From positions 96,001 through 160,000 of the IMG/VR virus record IMGVR_UViG_3300036715_001865: a DNA stretch of 64,000 bases; one strand, given 5' to 3'. This DNA is from a virus. The notes under the pieces are model-generated. The model worked only from the letters and a program-made list of their open reading frames with translations. It did no database searches and was not told the DNA's origin. The position numbers and the translations under genes were made by a program. Positions 18,972 through 29,608 of this stretch are shown in pieces; position 1 is the stretch's first letter; every line of letters begins with the position of its first letter.

Positions 18972-19256
18972 TTAATCAGCTTGGTTGATAAGTTGTACTA
19001 CTTCATCAATAAACTCATTACACTCAGCAATGTTTTTTTGCAGGATGCTTGGGTGACACATCATCACCTCATTTAATTTGTATGCAAACTCTGTTTGCAA
19101 CAGATATGCCCGATTTGGCCCACTTTTTTCTGTTCTAGCTGCTCGCTCAAGTGAGCTGCAAGCCATATTAAAAGTTTTGCACAGATATCGCACGATTGCA
19201 CTGATATCTTTAATAGGTGCTTGTGGTTTTGGTGCTTTGTTGTATGGTTCAGCCAT
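18972..19256 (-). CDS. hypothetical protein
   Basis: AAGGA RBS; clean ORF. Confidence 0.65.
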   Translation of the reverse strand: MAEPYNKAPKPQAPIKDISAIVRYLCKTFNMACSSLERAARTEKSGPNRAYLLQTEFAYKLNEVMMCHPSILQKNIAECNEFIDEVVQLINQAD

Positions 19257-19479
19257 GTTGTTTGTCCTTATTTAGAGGATTGAAAGAAATTGTGGTGTCA
19301 ATATTTACTTAATTGACTCGACATATTATACACAAAAAATTTTATTTTACAACGCATCGGTAATATCTATACTTTATAATATATAATGCTTTACGATAAC
19401 ACATGTTGGTTGTCCTGGGAAGTTGTATTTTTTTCTGTAAAAAGTTACAATTATTAAATACTTTTTATAGAAAAAATAC

Positions 19480-19899
19480 ATGAAAGTTACAGAACAAATA
19501 GCATACATGAACATGGCACACATCATATCAACATTGTCCCATTGTCACAAACGAAAGGTGGGATGTGTAATCGTAACAGTATCAAACCGATTAGTTGTTG
19601 GATATAATGGTTCAGCACCAGGTGACTGTAACTGCTGCGAAGATCCGGCTGGGAATACATTGCCCAATATAATACATGCTGAACTTAATGCCTTGAATAA
19701 GGTTGATACAGGAGATGTGACAGGAGCTACTCTATTTGTCACATATTGTCCATGTATTCCATGTATGAAGCAAATTATACAACATGGAATTAAAGAAGTA
19801 TTTTTTGGGTCATATCCAACAAAACAATCAGAGATTGATTTTATGAACAATAGTGGGATTATTTGTTCATACCTTGCCCCCACCATTATAGGAGTTTAA
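19480..19899 (+). CDS. dCMP deaminase
   Basis: HAELNAL and PCIPC zinc motifs. Confidence 0.92.
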   Translation: MKVTEQIAYMNMAHIISTLSHCHKRKVGCVIVTVSNRLVVGYNGSAPGDCNCCEDPAGNTLPNIIHAELNALNKVDTGDVTGATLFVTYCPCIPCMKQIIQHGIKEVFFGSYPTKQSEIDFMNNSGIICSYLAPTIIGV

Positions 19900-20075
19900 C
19901 TTAACTATACTTGGGATTTCAACCATTGTAAGTAAATATAATCCCAGGCAGTCAACCCAAATTATTTTTAATTGGGGATTTACAAATTACAAAAATGGGG
20001 ACTGGTGACAGTAGAATAGGATTTATTCTTTTTACCCCTCTTAAATACACAACCAACAAATGGAGTTAGGAAATA

Positions 20076-21893
20076 ATGTCGAAGGAACAGACAGTTTTAC
20101 ACGGAATCACAGTTGATTATTCAAGAGATAACAACTATGACATTATCGGGCTTGAACGGTTGCGTGATTCATACATGCAACAAGGTGAAGTAAGTCCACA
20201 AGAACGGTTAGCATACGTTAGTTACAAATTTTCCAGCAACCCCGAACATGCACAACGACTATATGATTATTCAAGCAAATTTTGGTTTGGATATGCGACT
20301 CCCATTTTATCATTTGGTAGAAACGGGTACGGTTTACCCATCTCATGCTTTTTAAATACCGTCACTGATAGTAAAGAAGGATTAGTGGACACCCAATCTG
20401 AAACTAATTGGTTAAGTATGATGGGCGGTGGTGTTGGAGTGTATTGGGGCATCCGTGGCCAAGACGAAAAATCAGTTGGTGTCATCCCCCATATGAAAAT
20501 ATATGACGATTCAACCTTAGCATACAAGCAAGGAACAACTCGTCGTGGCAGCTATGCTATGTATTTAGATATTAGCCACCCAGATATTATTGAATTCTTG
20601 GAGATGCGCAAAGAAACTGGTGACCCTAGAAGAAAGTGTCTTAATTTACACTATGGGGTTAATATCCCAAACACTTTCATGCAAATAATAGAAAACAGCA
20701 TGAAAGACCTCAACTTTGACGACTCGTGGGAACTAAAAGACCCTTCCACAGGAAAGGTTCATGATGTTGTCAGTGCTAGGTATTTATGGGAAAAGGTGTT
20801 AGAACTTCGTGCTGGACAAGGTAGGGGCGAACCATATATTCACTATATCGATAACAGCAACGATGCGCTTGATCCACACTTAAAAGCTCAAGGGTACAAA
20901 ATTAAACAATCAAACCTGTGTTCAGAAATTTTATTACACACAGATGAGTTTAAAACCGCTGTGTGTTGTTTAAGTTCTATCAATTTGGATCATTGGGATG
21001 AATACTGTGATAATTATCAATTCTTCAAAGATATTATGGAGATGTTGGACAACGTATTGCAATATTTTATTGATACTGCCTCACCTCGTATTAGTAGAGC
21101 AGTTCTATCTGCTGTGGAAGAAAGAAGTATTGGGTTAGGAGTAATGGGATTCCATTCTTACTTACAACAAAATGGTATTCCTTTTGATGGCGTGATGGCA
21201 AAAGTTGCAAATCTGCGAATATTCAAACAATTTCAACAAATGAGAGACAGAGCCAATCTTGAACTGGGAGCTGAAAGAGGCTCACCAAAACTGATGGAAG
21301 GTACAGGGAAGCGATTTGCCCACACTTGTGCATTAGCTCCAACTGCAAGTAATGCACTTATTTGTGGTAATGTTAGTGCTAGTGCTGAAATGTGGAGAGC
21401 TAACGCTTTTAGACAAGATACGATGAGTGGAACATTTATTCAAAAGAACACATATTTGGATAAGTTGATACATGAAAAAGTAGCAGCATCTTCTGATAAG
21501 TTGGACTATGATGAAATTTGGATTAATATAGTTCAAGACGAAGGTAGTATCCAAAATATTGATATTTTCACTGAATTGGAAAAAGACATTTTCAAAACTG
21601 CAGCCGAAGCTGATTCTATGTGGGCAGTTGAGCACGTAACAGATAGACAACCTTTTATTGATCAAGGACAGAGCTTTAATATATTCATTAGACCAGATAT
21701 AAGTATCAAAAGGTTGCATGCTATTCACTTTAGTGCTTGGAAGAAAGGAGCAAAGACGATGTATTATGTACGAGCAGAGAAACTTGCAAACACTGAGAAA
21801 GTATCACAACGGATTGAACGCCGAAGAATTGAAGATGATATCGATTTAGTGGCTATCGTAAACGACGAAGAATGTCTTTCTTGTCATGGTTAA
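20076..21893 (+). CDS. nrdA: class Ia ribonucleotide reductase alpha subunit, short form without ATP cone
   Basis: PISCFL, QSNLCSEI, ALAPTAS, TMYYVR, C-terminal CLSCHG. Confidence 0.96.
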   Translation: MSKEQTVLHGITVDYSRDNNYDIIGLERLRDSYMQQGEVSPQERLAYVSYKFSSNPEHAQRLYDYSSKFWFGYATPILSFGRNGYGLPISCFLNTVTDSKEGLVDTQSETNWLSMMGGGVGVYWGIRGQDEKSVGVIPHMKIYDDSTLAYKQGTTRRGSYAMYLDISHPDIIEFLEMRKETGDPRRKCLNLHYGVNIPNTFMQIIENSMKDLNFDDSWELKDPSTGKVHDVVSARYLWEKVLELRAGQGRGEPYIHYIDNSNDALDPHLKAQGYKIKQSNLCSEILLHTDEFKTAVCCLSSINLDHWDEYCDNYQFFKDIMEMLDNVLQYFIDTASPRISRAVLSAVEERSIGLGVMGFHSYLQQNGIPFDGVMAKVANLRIFKQFQQMRDRANLELGAERGSPKLMEGTGKRFAHTCALAPTASNALICGNVSASAEMWRANAFRQDTMSGTFIQKNTYLDKLIHEKVAASSDKLDYDEIWINIVQDEGSIQNIDIFTELEKDIFKTAAEADSMWAVEHVTDRQPFIDQGQSFNIFIRPDISIKRLHAIHFSAWKKGAKTMYYVRAEKLANTEKVSQRIERRRIEDDIDLVAIVNDEECLSCHG

Positions 21894-21956
21894 ACAATAA
21901 TACACACATAAGATGGTGGACACGATGTCCACCATCACTACCCAAAGGAATAACAA

Positions 21957-23006
21957 ATGACCAAAAAGAAAATTAAATTAACAGACAGTAGAGATGCTTT
22001 TAAACCTTTTCAATACCCTGAATTTTATGATTTGTGGCTTAAACATGAACAAATTCATTGGAGCCATTCTGTTGTGGCAATGCAACAAGATATCAGAGAT
22101 TGGAAAAATGCTCCGGATAACCAGAGAAATTTCTTAACTCAAATTTTGCGATTGTTTACCCAAGGGGACATCGATGTTGCAGGTGCTTATATTGATAATT
22201 ACCTTCCAATCTTCCCACAACCTGAAATTAGAATGATGTTGTTAGGGTTTGCAGCAAGAGAGGCAGTTCACATTGCAGCATATAGTCACCTGATGGAAAG
22301 TTTGGGTTTTGAAGACTCTGTTTACACAGATTTCTTTCAATATCAAGAAATGGCAGCAAAGCATGATTTTTTCAAACAAATTTCTGGAACAGATCATAAC
22401 CAAATCGTTCAACAAATGTGTGCTGTTAGTTCGTTTACTGAAGGTATGCAATTATTCAGCTCATTTGCAATGCTATTAAACTTTGGTCGTAATAATATGT
22501 TTCCTGGTATGACAAAAATTGTTACTTGGAGTATTATTGATGAAAGTTGTTTAATTAAGGATACAGAGGTATTAACCCCTACAGGGTGGAAACCAATTCA
22601 ACACCTTTCACTATCAGACCAGTTGCTACAATTTGACATCAATACTGGAAATACTGAATTTGTACACCCCACTAATCTAACACACACTACTAGAACAGAG
22701 TCATACGTGTTTGAGTCTGATGATATCTACCAACATACAACATCTGATCACAGGATGATAACAAAGAGTGGTGAAAAATTTGTGGATATTACAGCAGATA
22801 TGATAAATGAGGATAATAACCTATTGATAATATCTGGCTCTAAGTTATCAGGAGATGATATATTAACAGATGAGGACAAGGCAACTATTGAATTAATCAT
22901 AACTGCCCAATATCCTGTTCAATGGATTTATGACAAAATTCCATTTGTATCATCTGAATGGGCCCATTCAGCAGTAGAATATTATTTAATGTTGACAACT
23001 CGTTAA
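21957..23006 (+). CDS. nrdB: NrdB N-extein (197 aa) fused to the N-half of a split intein (152 aa)
   Basis: NrdB motifs up to WSIIDES; intein block A CLIKDTEVLTPTGW from 22548 and block B TTSDHRM. Confidence 0.9.
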   Translation: MTKKKIKLTDSRDAFKPFQYPEFYDLWLKHEQIHWSHSVVAMQQDIRDWKNAPDNQRNFLTQILRLFTQGDIDVAGAYIDNYLPIFPQPEIRMMLLGFAAREAVHIAAYSHLMESLGFEDSVYTDFFQYQEMAAKHDFFKQISGTDHNQIVQQMCAVSSFTEGMQLFSSFAMLLNFGRNNMFPGMTKIVTWSIIDESCLIKDTEVLTPTGWKPIQHLSLSDQLLQFDINTGNTEFVHPTNLTHTTRTESYVFESDDIYQHTTSDHRMITKSGEKFVDITADMINEDNNLLIISGSKLSGDDILTDEDKATIELIITAQYPVQWIYDKIPFVSSEWAHSAVEYYLMLTTR

Positions 23007-23068
23007 TTGGAGTATCATCGTCCAGTAATATAAATACATACACAAACCAAGTTACCACAGGAGAGTGT

Positions 23069-23917
23069 ATGCATTACATAATATACAAGACAACAAATAC
23101 TACTAATGGAAAGATTTATATTGGGTTACACAAACAACTTGCGTTAGATTTTGATGGATATTATGGAAGTGGAACAATATTAAAACGAAGTATTGATAAA
23201 CACGGAATTGATAATTTTAAAAGGGAGACATTGTTTGTGTTTGATACCTTAGCTGAAGTAAGAGCCAAGGAGAAAGAATTGGTAACTGAGGAGTTTTGTA
23301 CCAGGTCAGATAATTATAATATTTCTGTTGGTGGAACAGGAGGTAACACCACAGCAGGTTTAACACCACAACAGAAGATGCTCATAAGCGAAAAAACCAA
23401 ACAGGTAAAATTAGAAAAAGGCTCCAACATTTATAGTGGTGAGAAGTTAAAAAATGCCCAAATTAGAATGAAAAATATACGAATTCAACCTGATAATAGA
23501 GGGTTATGTAGGTCCCAGGAATTAAAGGATAGGTGGTCAACTACCAAAAAAGACAAACACCTAAAGTGGATTACAGATGGTGACACATCTAGGTTGATTC
23601 ACTCAACTGATATCATACCAAATAGTTGGAACATTGGTCGAGATCCTAACTATAAACGGTTTACTGCTCACACACAAGAATCTAAAAATATTATATCTAA
23701 AAAAATTAAAGGAGACAAATGTTATAATAATGGGATAGTCAATTTAAAGTTAAAAGTAGGACAATCACCTCCAGATGGGTTTAAATTAGGTATGATACAA
23801 CACCATCTTCCCAAACATTGGATAACCAATGGTACAATAAATAAAAAACATTTAACCAACACCTCTATACCAACCGGTTGGTATAGAGGTCGAACCATAG
23901 GAAAAAAATATGAATAA
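23069..23917 (+). mobile_element. GIY-YIG homing endonuclease between the intein halves
   Basis: YIIYKTTNTTNGKIYIGLH, YYGSG, YNISVGGTGG; WITDG/YNNG/WITNG repeats; GGAG RBS; start reassigned to ATG 23069; TATAAATA at 23029-23036. Confidence 0.9.
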
Positions 23918-24515
23918 CACAATTTTAGAAGCATTCAATACACTCGCCAATGTAGCAGGTGGTACAATAAAGGACAATCAGCTTATTAAAACCCCTACTA
24001 CTAAATTTAATAAACAACACATTACCCACGAGCCTTTAGAGTTCTATTGTGCTACTGTGCCTGGTACTGCATTTGTAATTAGGTCAAAAGGAAAAATATC
24101 AGTAACTGGTAATTGCCACTGTGAAGGTATGACCAAATTATTCAGAACATTCATCAAAGAAAATAGAGAAATTTGGACAGATGAACTAAAAGCACAGTTA
24201 TATGGCATCGCTGAAAAAATGGTCGAATTGGAAGATGGATTTATTAATTTGGCATATGGGGTAATGGACGGAAGTGAGTTTAAACTCCCCCTTTATAAAG
24301 AGGACATGCACAAATATATCAGATATATTGCTGATAGACGACTAATTGCTTTGGGGTTGAAAGGTATCTTCAAACACAAAAAGAATCCTCTGCCTTGGAT
24401 TGACGAAATGTTAGTGTTACCTTCACATAGTAACTTTTTTGAACAAGAAGAGAGCTCCTATAGCAAGGGCGCTCTTACAGGCAACTGGGATGACGTGTGG
24501 GGTACTGTGTCATAA
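23910..24515 (+). CDS. nrdB: C-half of split intein (68 aa) fused to NrdB C-extein (133 aa)
   Basis: FYCATVP..FVIR..GKISVTGN ending at 24113, then Cys +1 and HCEGMTKLF...NFFE of NrdB. Confidence 0.9.
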   Translation: MNNTILEAFNTLANVAGGTIKDNQLIKTPTTKFNKQHITHEPLEFYCATVPGTAFVIRSKGKISVTGNCHCEGMTKLFRTFIKENREIWTDELKAQLYGIAEKMVELEDGFINLAYGVMDGSEFKLPLYKEDMHKYIRYIADRRLIALGLKGIFKHKKNPLPWIDEMLVLPSHSNFFEQEESSYSKGALTGNWDDVWGTVS

Positions 24516-24543
24516 CTCGTTGATTTATTGACACGAATATAGT

Positions 24544-24580
24544 AAAATCCCAGTTAATACAAATTAACTGGGATTTTTTT
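24544..24580 (+). terminator. intrinsic terminator of the nrd operon, abutting the next start codon
   Basis: 15-bp perfect stem with T-tract; overlaps the -10 of TTGATT-N17-TAAAAT (24520-24548). Confidence 0.75.
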
Positions 24581-25663
24581 ATGGCTACAAAAACAGAAGC
24601 ATTCATCGGCAAGGCGTCAGCTATTCATCAACACAAATATGATTATACATTAGTTGAGTATATTAACAATTCGACTAATGTGATAATTATATGTCCCATC
24701 CACGGAAGATTTACTCAACGTCCAGGAAACCATTTAAGCGGTGCTCAATGTAAGGAGTGCTCAAAGCTCAATAGAGCCGCTACAAATTTAGAAAAATATG
24801 GCCATCCAAATATTGCTCACGGCACAAAGAAAGATAAAATATCAACTACCAATATCGAGCGGTATGGTGTATCACAATCTGCTGCAAGTTCAAATAACAT
24901 CAAAAAACGAAAACAAACATTGTTGGGTAGATATGGGGTAGATAATCCATCTAAAATCTTACAATTTCAAGAAAAACGAAAACAAACCTTTTTAGATAGA
25001 TATGGAGCTGATAACCCATCTAATGTATTGTTGTTTCAAGAAAAACGAAAGCAAACTTTTTTAGATAGATATGGAGTACCAAGCTCATTTAAACGTTTAG
25101 ATAGCATAGAAAAGAGTCGCAACACTTGTATACAACAATACGGAGTGCCACACCACACCCAACGAAATATTAGTCCAACAATTTTAAATAATATATCTGA
25201 TTTTGATTGGTTATATGACCAATATATCACTCAACAAAAATCAGCTACAAAAATAGCAATCGAGCTAGGGGTGACAACAAAAACAATATGCACTTACCTG
25301 AAGAGACAAGAAATAACATTACGAAGAATGGTTAAATTCTCGTGGATGTGCATTGATTGGTTGGATTCTATAATGGACAAAGATAACATATTAATTGTAC
25401 ATTCTCTCAACAGTGGAGAATACAATATACCAAATACCAAACTACATGTGGACGGGTTTTGTGAAGCAACAAATACTGTGTATGAATTTCACGGGGATTA
25501 TTGGCACGGAAATCCAACTAAGTACCACCCTGATAGACTTAATACTACTACAAATTCCACAATGGGTGAGCTATACAAAAAAACCATTGAACGGGAAGAA
25601 AAAATTCGAGAACTTGGATATGAATTGGTGATTATGTGGGAATCTGATTTTAACAACCACTAA
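24581..25663 (+). mobile_element. free-standing putative homing endonuclease, paralogue of 3241-4359
   Basis: CPIHGRF...CKEC; RYGVDNPS repeats; HTH; VDGFCEATNTVYEFHGDYWHGNP. Confidence 0.72.
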
Positions 25664-25686
25664 ATAAACCCCAATTGGGTTTTATT

Positions 25687-26518
25687 TTACCCCCTCTTCC
25701 AATAAAAGCCAATATATAACTTGTTGGCTTTTATTGCTCCAGATATCGCTCCACTATATAACCCAAACTGTTTTTTCAATTTCTCCCATAGTATTCCAAA
25801 CTTTAACAAGTTCACCATCTATTGTTAGTTGTTGAACTTGTTTTCCACTCCTTTTAGATGGAGTTAATCTAATATCATTTAACTCTTTTATGTTGATTAA
25901 TTTATTATCTAGTACATCCAAATCACCAACCAATCTCCAATAAAACCTCCAACAGTTTGATACTTATATTTTCTAACTGCTACGCTAATATTTCTCCAAG
26001 ATTTTATCTCCAAATCAATGCCTGCTTGTCTCGACGATTTCCATTCTTTTATAACTTCTCCTGTTATAGCATCTATTTGATAGATTTGTTTATCAGTAGC
26101 GTTTCCACCAGGGTTATTTTCTTTCATCTTTTGTTGATGTTGTTCTGTGTGTTTAGTAGGAATAATTTCTCCTGCTTGGATTAGTGCTTTTCTTGTTTGA
26201 CTTATTCTTTGTTGGAAGGTTCGTTATATTTGTGTTTATATCCTCTTCCCCCTGCCTCTAAATTTAAACACATTTTATCATTTAAGATATCTTCTGTTAG
26301 TATTTGATTTTCAACCAAAAATGCTTCTTCTCTTGTCAGACACATTTGTAGTATTTCCCTGGAAAAACATCTCTACCATATTTTTTGATGTAGTTTAACA
26401 TTTTAATACCAGAACCGAGGTAATTATCAGTTAGAATGTTGGTGGAATGAACCGCAATATAAAAATGTTGGGTTAATATACAAGTTGTTTTGTACACACA
26501 ATGGTATTGTTTAGTCAT
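25687..26518 (-). pseudogene. frameshifted GIY-YIG/NUMOD homing endonuclease
   Basis: VYKTTC..FYIAVHST...YLGSG; a continuous protein can be rebuilt with four single-base indels in homopolymer runs, ending ...GFYWKRG*. Confidence 0.8.
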
Positions 26519-26583
26519 TGTTGATTTAATTTAAAATATATATTATAATATATTTTTACACAACAATCAACAAGGAACCAAAA

Positions 26584-27121
26584 ATGATAATCAGAGATAG
26601 AATAGAGGAGGAAGGTTCACATAAATTTAAAATTTATGTGGACCTTTGAAAAACTTGATGGAGTAATGGTTGACTTTAGCAAATTTGCTGAAGAAGTGAT
26701 CGGACACCATCCCAAAGATTGGGAGATGGACAGAAACGTAAAAAAATCATTTTGGAAAGGAGTGGACAAGTGGGTTAAGGATGGTAATAAGTTTTTTGAA
26801 CTTATGGATCCAATGCCAGATGCTTTTCATTTGTGGGCATATATTGAAAAATATCACCCTACTATATTATCAGCTACTGGACACACCAGACACGCTGAAA
26901 TAGAGAAAAGAAATTGGGTACACAATCATTTAGGACCATCTGTTCCAGTTATTTTAACTGTTGCTGCTGCAGATAAGGCTAATTACATAACACATGACAA
27001 GTGTATATTGATTGACGACCGTATGAAAGCAATTGCGCCTTGGAGAGACAGAGGCGGAATTGGTATTTTACACACAAGTGCACTAGATACAATTGCACAG
27101 CTTATTGAATTGGGATTATAG
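26584..27121 (+). pseudogene. HAD-family 5'(3')-deoxyribonucleotidase interrupted in motif I
   Basis: MIIRDR...KIYVDL-[TGAAAAACTT]-DGVMVDF; later LIDDR motif. Confidence 0.7.
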
Positions 27122-27122
27122 C

Positions 27123-27512
27123 ATGGGATATATAGCGTTTGAATTAGATGAACAATCCAGAACTAAAATATTGGACTATTTTGCCCCAGCTCATCCAGAT
27201 GTTATAGGTCACCACATTACACTTGAGTTTGGAGTGCCTGAACCAACTAAGGAAAAGTGGAAGGAACTACACAAAAAATACGCAACAGCTAAGATCACTG
27301 GGGTTGCACAAAATGAAAAGGCAAAAGCATTAACCGTGTCATTTGACGGAAATGAGCGTAGGGATGATGGGAAATATTTTCACATCACACTTTCAATTGA
27401 TAGATCATCGGGAGTTAAACCAGTATATTCCAACCAATTATTGGTGGATGAACCAATATGGAATGTTGGATTAATTGTTTTTGTTACTGGAACTGTTAAA
27501 TTTTTCAAATAA
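27123..27512 (+). CDS. 2H phosphoesterase (tRNA-ligase CPDase-like)
   Basis: Two HxT motifs, GHHITL and FHITLS. Confidence 0.75.
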   Translation: MGYIAFELDEQSRTKILDYFAPAHPDVIGHHITLEFGVPEPTKEKWKELHKKYATAKITGVAQNEKAKALTVSFDGNERRDDGKYFHITLSIDRSSGVKPVYSNQLLVDEPIWNVGLIVFVTGTVKFFK

Positions 27513-27536
27513 AAAGGGGGCCTAGGCCCCCTTTTT
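27511..27536. terminator. bidirectional terminator
   Basis: Perfect 26-bp palindrome AAAAAGGGGGCCTAGGCCCCCTTTTT between convergent genes. Confidence 0.85.
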
Positions 27537-28879
27537 TAATACTTTCCTTTGGTGTATTTCTGTAGTACTTCATTCAACTCTTGCATGTATATTTCTCGTT
27601 GCCTATCTTTGCTTCCAATGATATTTTCATATTCTAGCTTAAGAGTATTTGCTTCCTCTAATAACCTTAATGTTTTAGTATATTCATCTTTTGTAAATCT
27701 GTACACCGGCAAATCTGCAATATAATCAATATACACCACACCAATTTCTACAAGAAGTTCTTTCAATTCAGACCGAGATTGGGTCTTTTTTGATATCCCT
27801 CCTATGTTATTATCGATAGCAGTAATTATGTCTTTATATTTTTGAATATCTACTTCTAATAGCGATAATAAGCGTAAATATCTGTCTACATAGAATGCCA
27901 ATCTCCATTTTGTAAATCTAGCTAATAAATCTAAAGGCGTTAAATTTAACACCGCTGAATGATTAAAATCTAACACATTAAGATTCTCAATGTGTCGCAC
28001 AGTCAACCCTAATAACAGTAGTAATGATTCATTGGTATGAGTAGCCAAATATCCTTTGTGGAATTTTACAGTAATGTTAACAGTGTCTCGTGAACCATCT
28101 GTATAGTCCACAATATTACCTTTTTCGTATTCACTTTCGAGTTTTGAAATTACTTTTTTGTGAGTTTGTCCATATGGTATCTTGTCAATTAATACTGTGG
28201 TAGCTGTTAATATTTTTACATTCCCACTAAAATAATACGCAATACCTCCATCGGTAATTATAGAATCATGAGCAGTGTTATCTGATGGAGTAAACTCTGG
28301 AAATATTTCATCCAAGTCTTCAACACTCGTCCCTTGTAATATTTTTAATTGAGCTCGGATAATATCTCCCAAGTCTCTAGGTAAAATATTTGTGGCAAAT
28401 CCAACTGCAATACCTTCTGCTGGATTTACCAACGCTAGTGGTACTAGTGGTAGAAAATGTTTTGGTTCTTTTTCTGTACTATCGTAGTTATCCACCATTG
28501 GAACAATTTCAATATCTCGCATTACAACATCTTTAGTGAAAGCAGATAATGTTACAGAGGTATATCTGGATGCACCATAAGCAGTGGCATCCAATAAAGT
28601 TCCAAATGCACCAGTTCCTTTAAATAAAGGTATATTATTACCATACGGTGCAGTAATTGTGTTTATTGAACCATCAGGGGCATCATGTGGATGAATCGGC
28701 AAGGTAGCTCCTGCTAATGTAGCAGATTTCCATTTGTGTCTATCTCTAGCTGTCCATAGCACTCTTCTTGCTCCTGATTTTAATCCATCAGTAATAGATG
28801 GAATTGCTCTCATTTGCATTACAAAGAGTGCATATTCTCTTCGTTGTTGGTTAATATATTCTGAACTTGTCCCTGTCAT
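27536..28879 (-). CDS. type II topoisomerase, breakage-reunion subunit (gp52/GyrA-like)
   Basis: DGLKSGARR, HPHD, ASRYT active-site Tyr, GIAVGFATNILP. Confidence 0.93.
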   Translation of the reverse strand: MTGTSSEYINQQRREYALFVMQMRAIPSITDGLKSGARRVLWTARDRHKWKSATLAGATLPIHPHDAPDGSINTITAPYGNNIPLFKGTGAFGTLLDATAYGASRYTSVTLSAFTKDVVMRDIEIVPMVDNYDSTEKEPKHFLPLVPLALVNPAEGIAVGFATNILPRDLGDIIRAQLKILQGTSVEDLDEIFPEFTPSDNTAHDSIITDGGIAYYFSGNVKILTATTVLIDKIPYGQTHKKVISKLESEYEKGNIVDYTDGSRDTVNITVKFHKGYLATHTNESLLLLLGLTVRHIENLNVLDFNHSAVLNLTPLDLLARFTKWRLAFYVDRYLRLLSLLEVDIQKYKDIITAIDNNIGGISKKTQSRSELKELLVEIGVVYIDYIADLPVYRFTKDEYTKTLRLLEEANTLKLEYENIIGSKDRQREIYMQELNEVLQKYTKGKY

Positions 28880-28889
28880 ATTACACCTA

Positions 28890-29591
28890 TTATAAATTAG
28901 TTTGATTTTTTGGGTTTAGATACGCATGGGCAACATCCACAACATCTTTCATATTTTTTGGTGTATAATTAGTGTGTTCCACACATACATTTATATTCCA
29001 TGGCATTAAAGTGTGTTGATGAATATGACCATGAACATTAACACAACCAGGAGGGACATTGTCCAATGGATAATGTGTCAATAATAATTGATAGTCCACA
29101 TCAACATCTTGAACTGTAATAGTCATACATGAAAATTGTTCATCAAATTTCAAATTGTTTAATTTTCCTTTATTGTCCATATCATGATTGCCAATCACAT
29201 GAATCTTGTGTCCTGGAATTTTTTGCAAGATTTGATTCATACCAGACACGTCACCAAATGTAATATCTCCACACCAAATAACAATATCATTTGCTTGAAC
29301 TGTATTGATATAATTACCTATCAAACACTTGTTCATTAAATCCACTGATGGAAATGGTCGCCCCGAATACTTAATAATATTCTTGTGGTTAATATGAATG
29401 TCACTCCAAATCCAAACCTGTCTTCCGTCTGTTGTTTTTCCGTTGTTATCGATGATAAGGGGTACATCTGTTATTGGTGGTATATTCCAATGTTCTGGGT
29501 TCCTTGCTTTTCGTCTTCCACCGTGTGTTACATCAGGAAGTTCTAAATCCAAAATATAATGAGCCAATAGTGTAGTATTTGTAAATTTCAT
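28890..29591 (-). CDS. calcineurin-like metallophosphoesterase
   Basis: WSDIH, GD, GNHD, THYP, HGHIH. Confidence 0.9.
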   Translation of the reverse strand: MKFTNTTLLAHYILDLELPDVTHGGRRKARNPEHWNIPPITDVPLIIDNNGKTTDGRQVWIWSDIHINHKNIIKYSGRPFPSVDLMNKCLIGNYINTVQANDIVIWCGDITFGDVSGMNQILQKIPGHKIHVIGNHDMDNKGKLNNLKFDEQFSCMTITVQDVDVDYQLLLTHYPLDNVPPGCVNVHGHIHQHTLMPWNINVCVEHTNYTPKNMKDVVDVAHAYLNPKNQTNL

Positions 29592-29608
29592 GTTTTAATT
29601 CCTCTATT

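Noticed and set aside
22958-23068. Longer start for the GIY-YIG gene; group I intron hypothesis for nrdB
   Set aside because: RBS and late promoter support ATG 23069; no intron core motifs or space for them were seen
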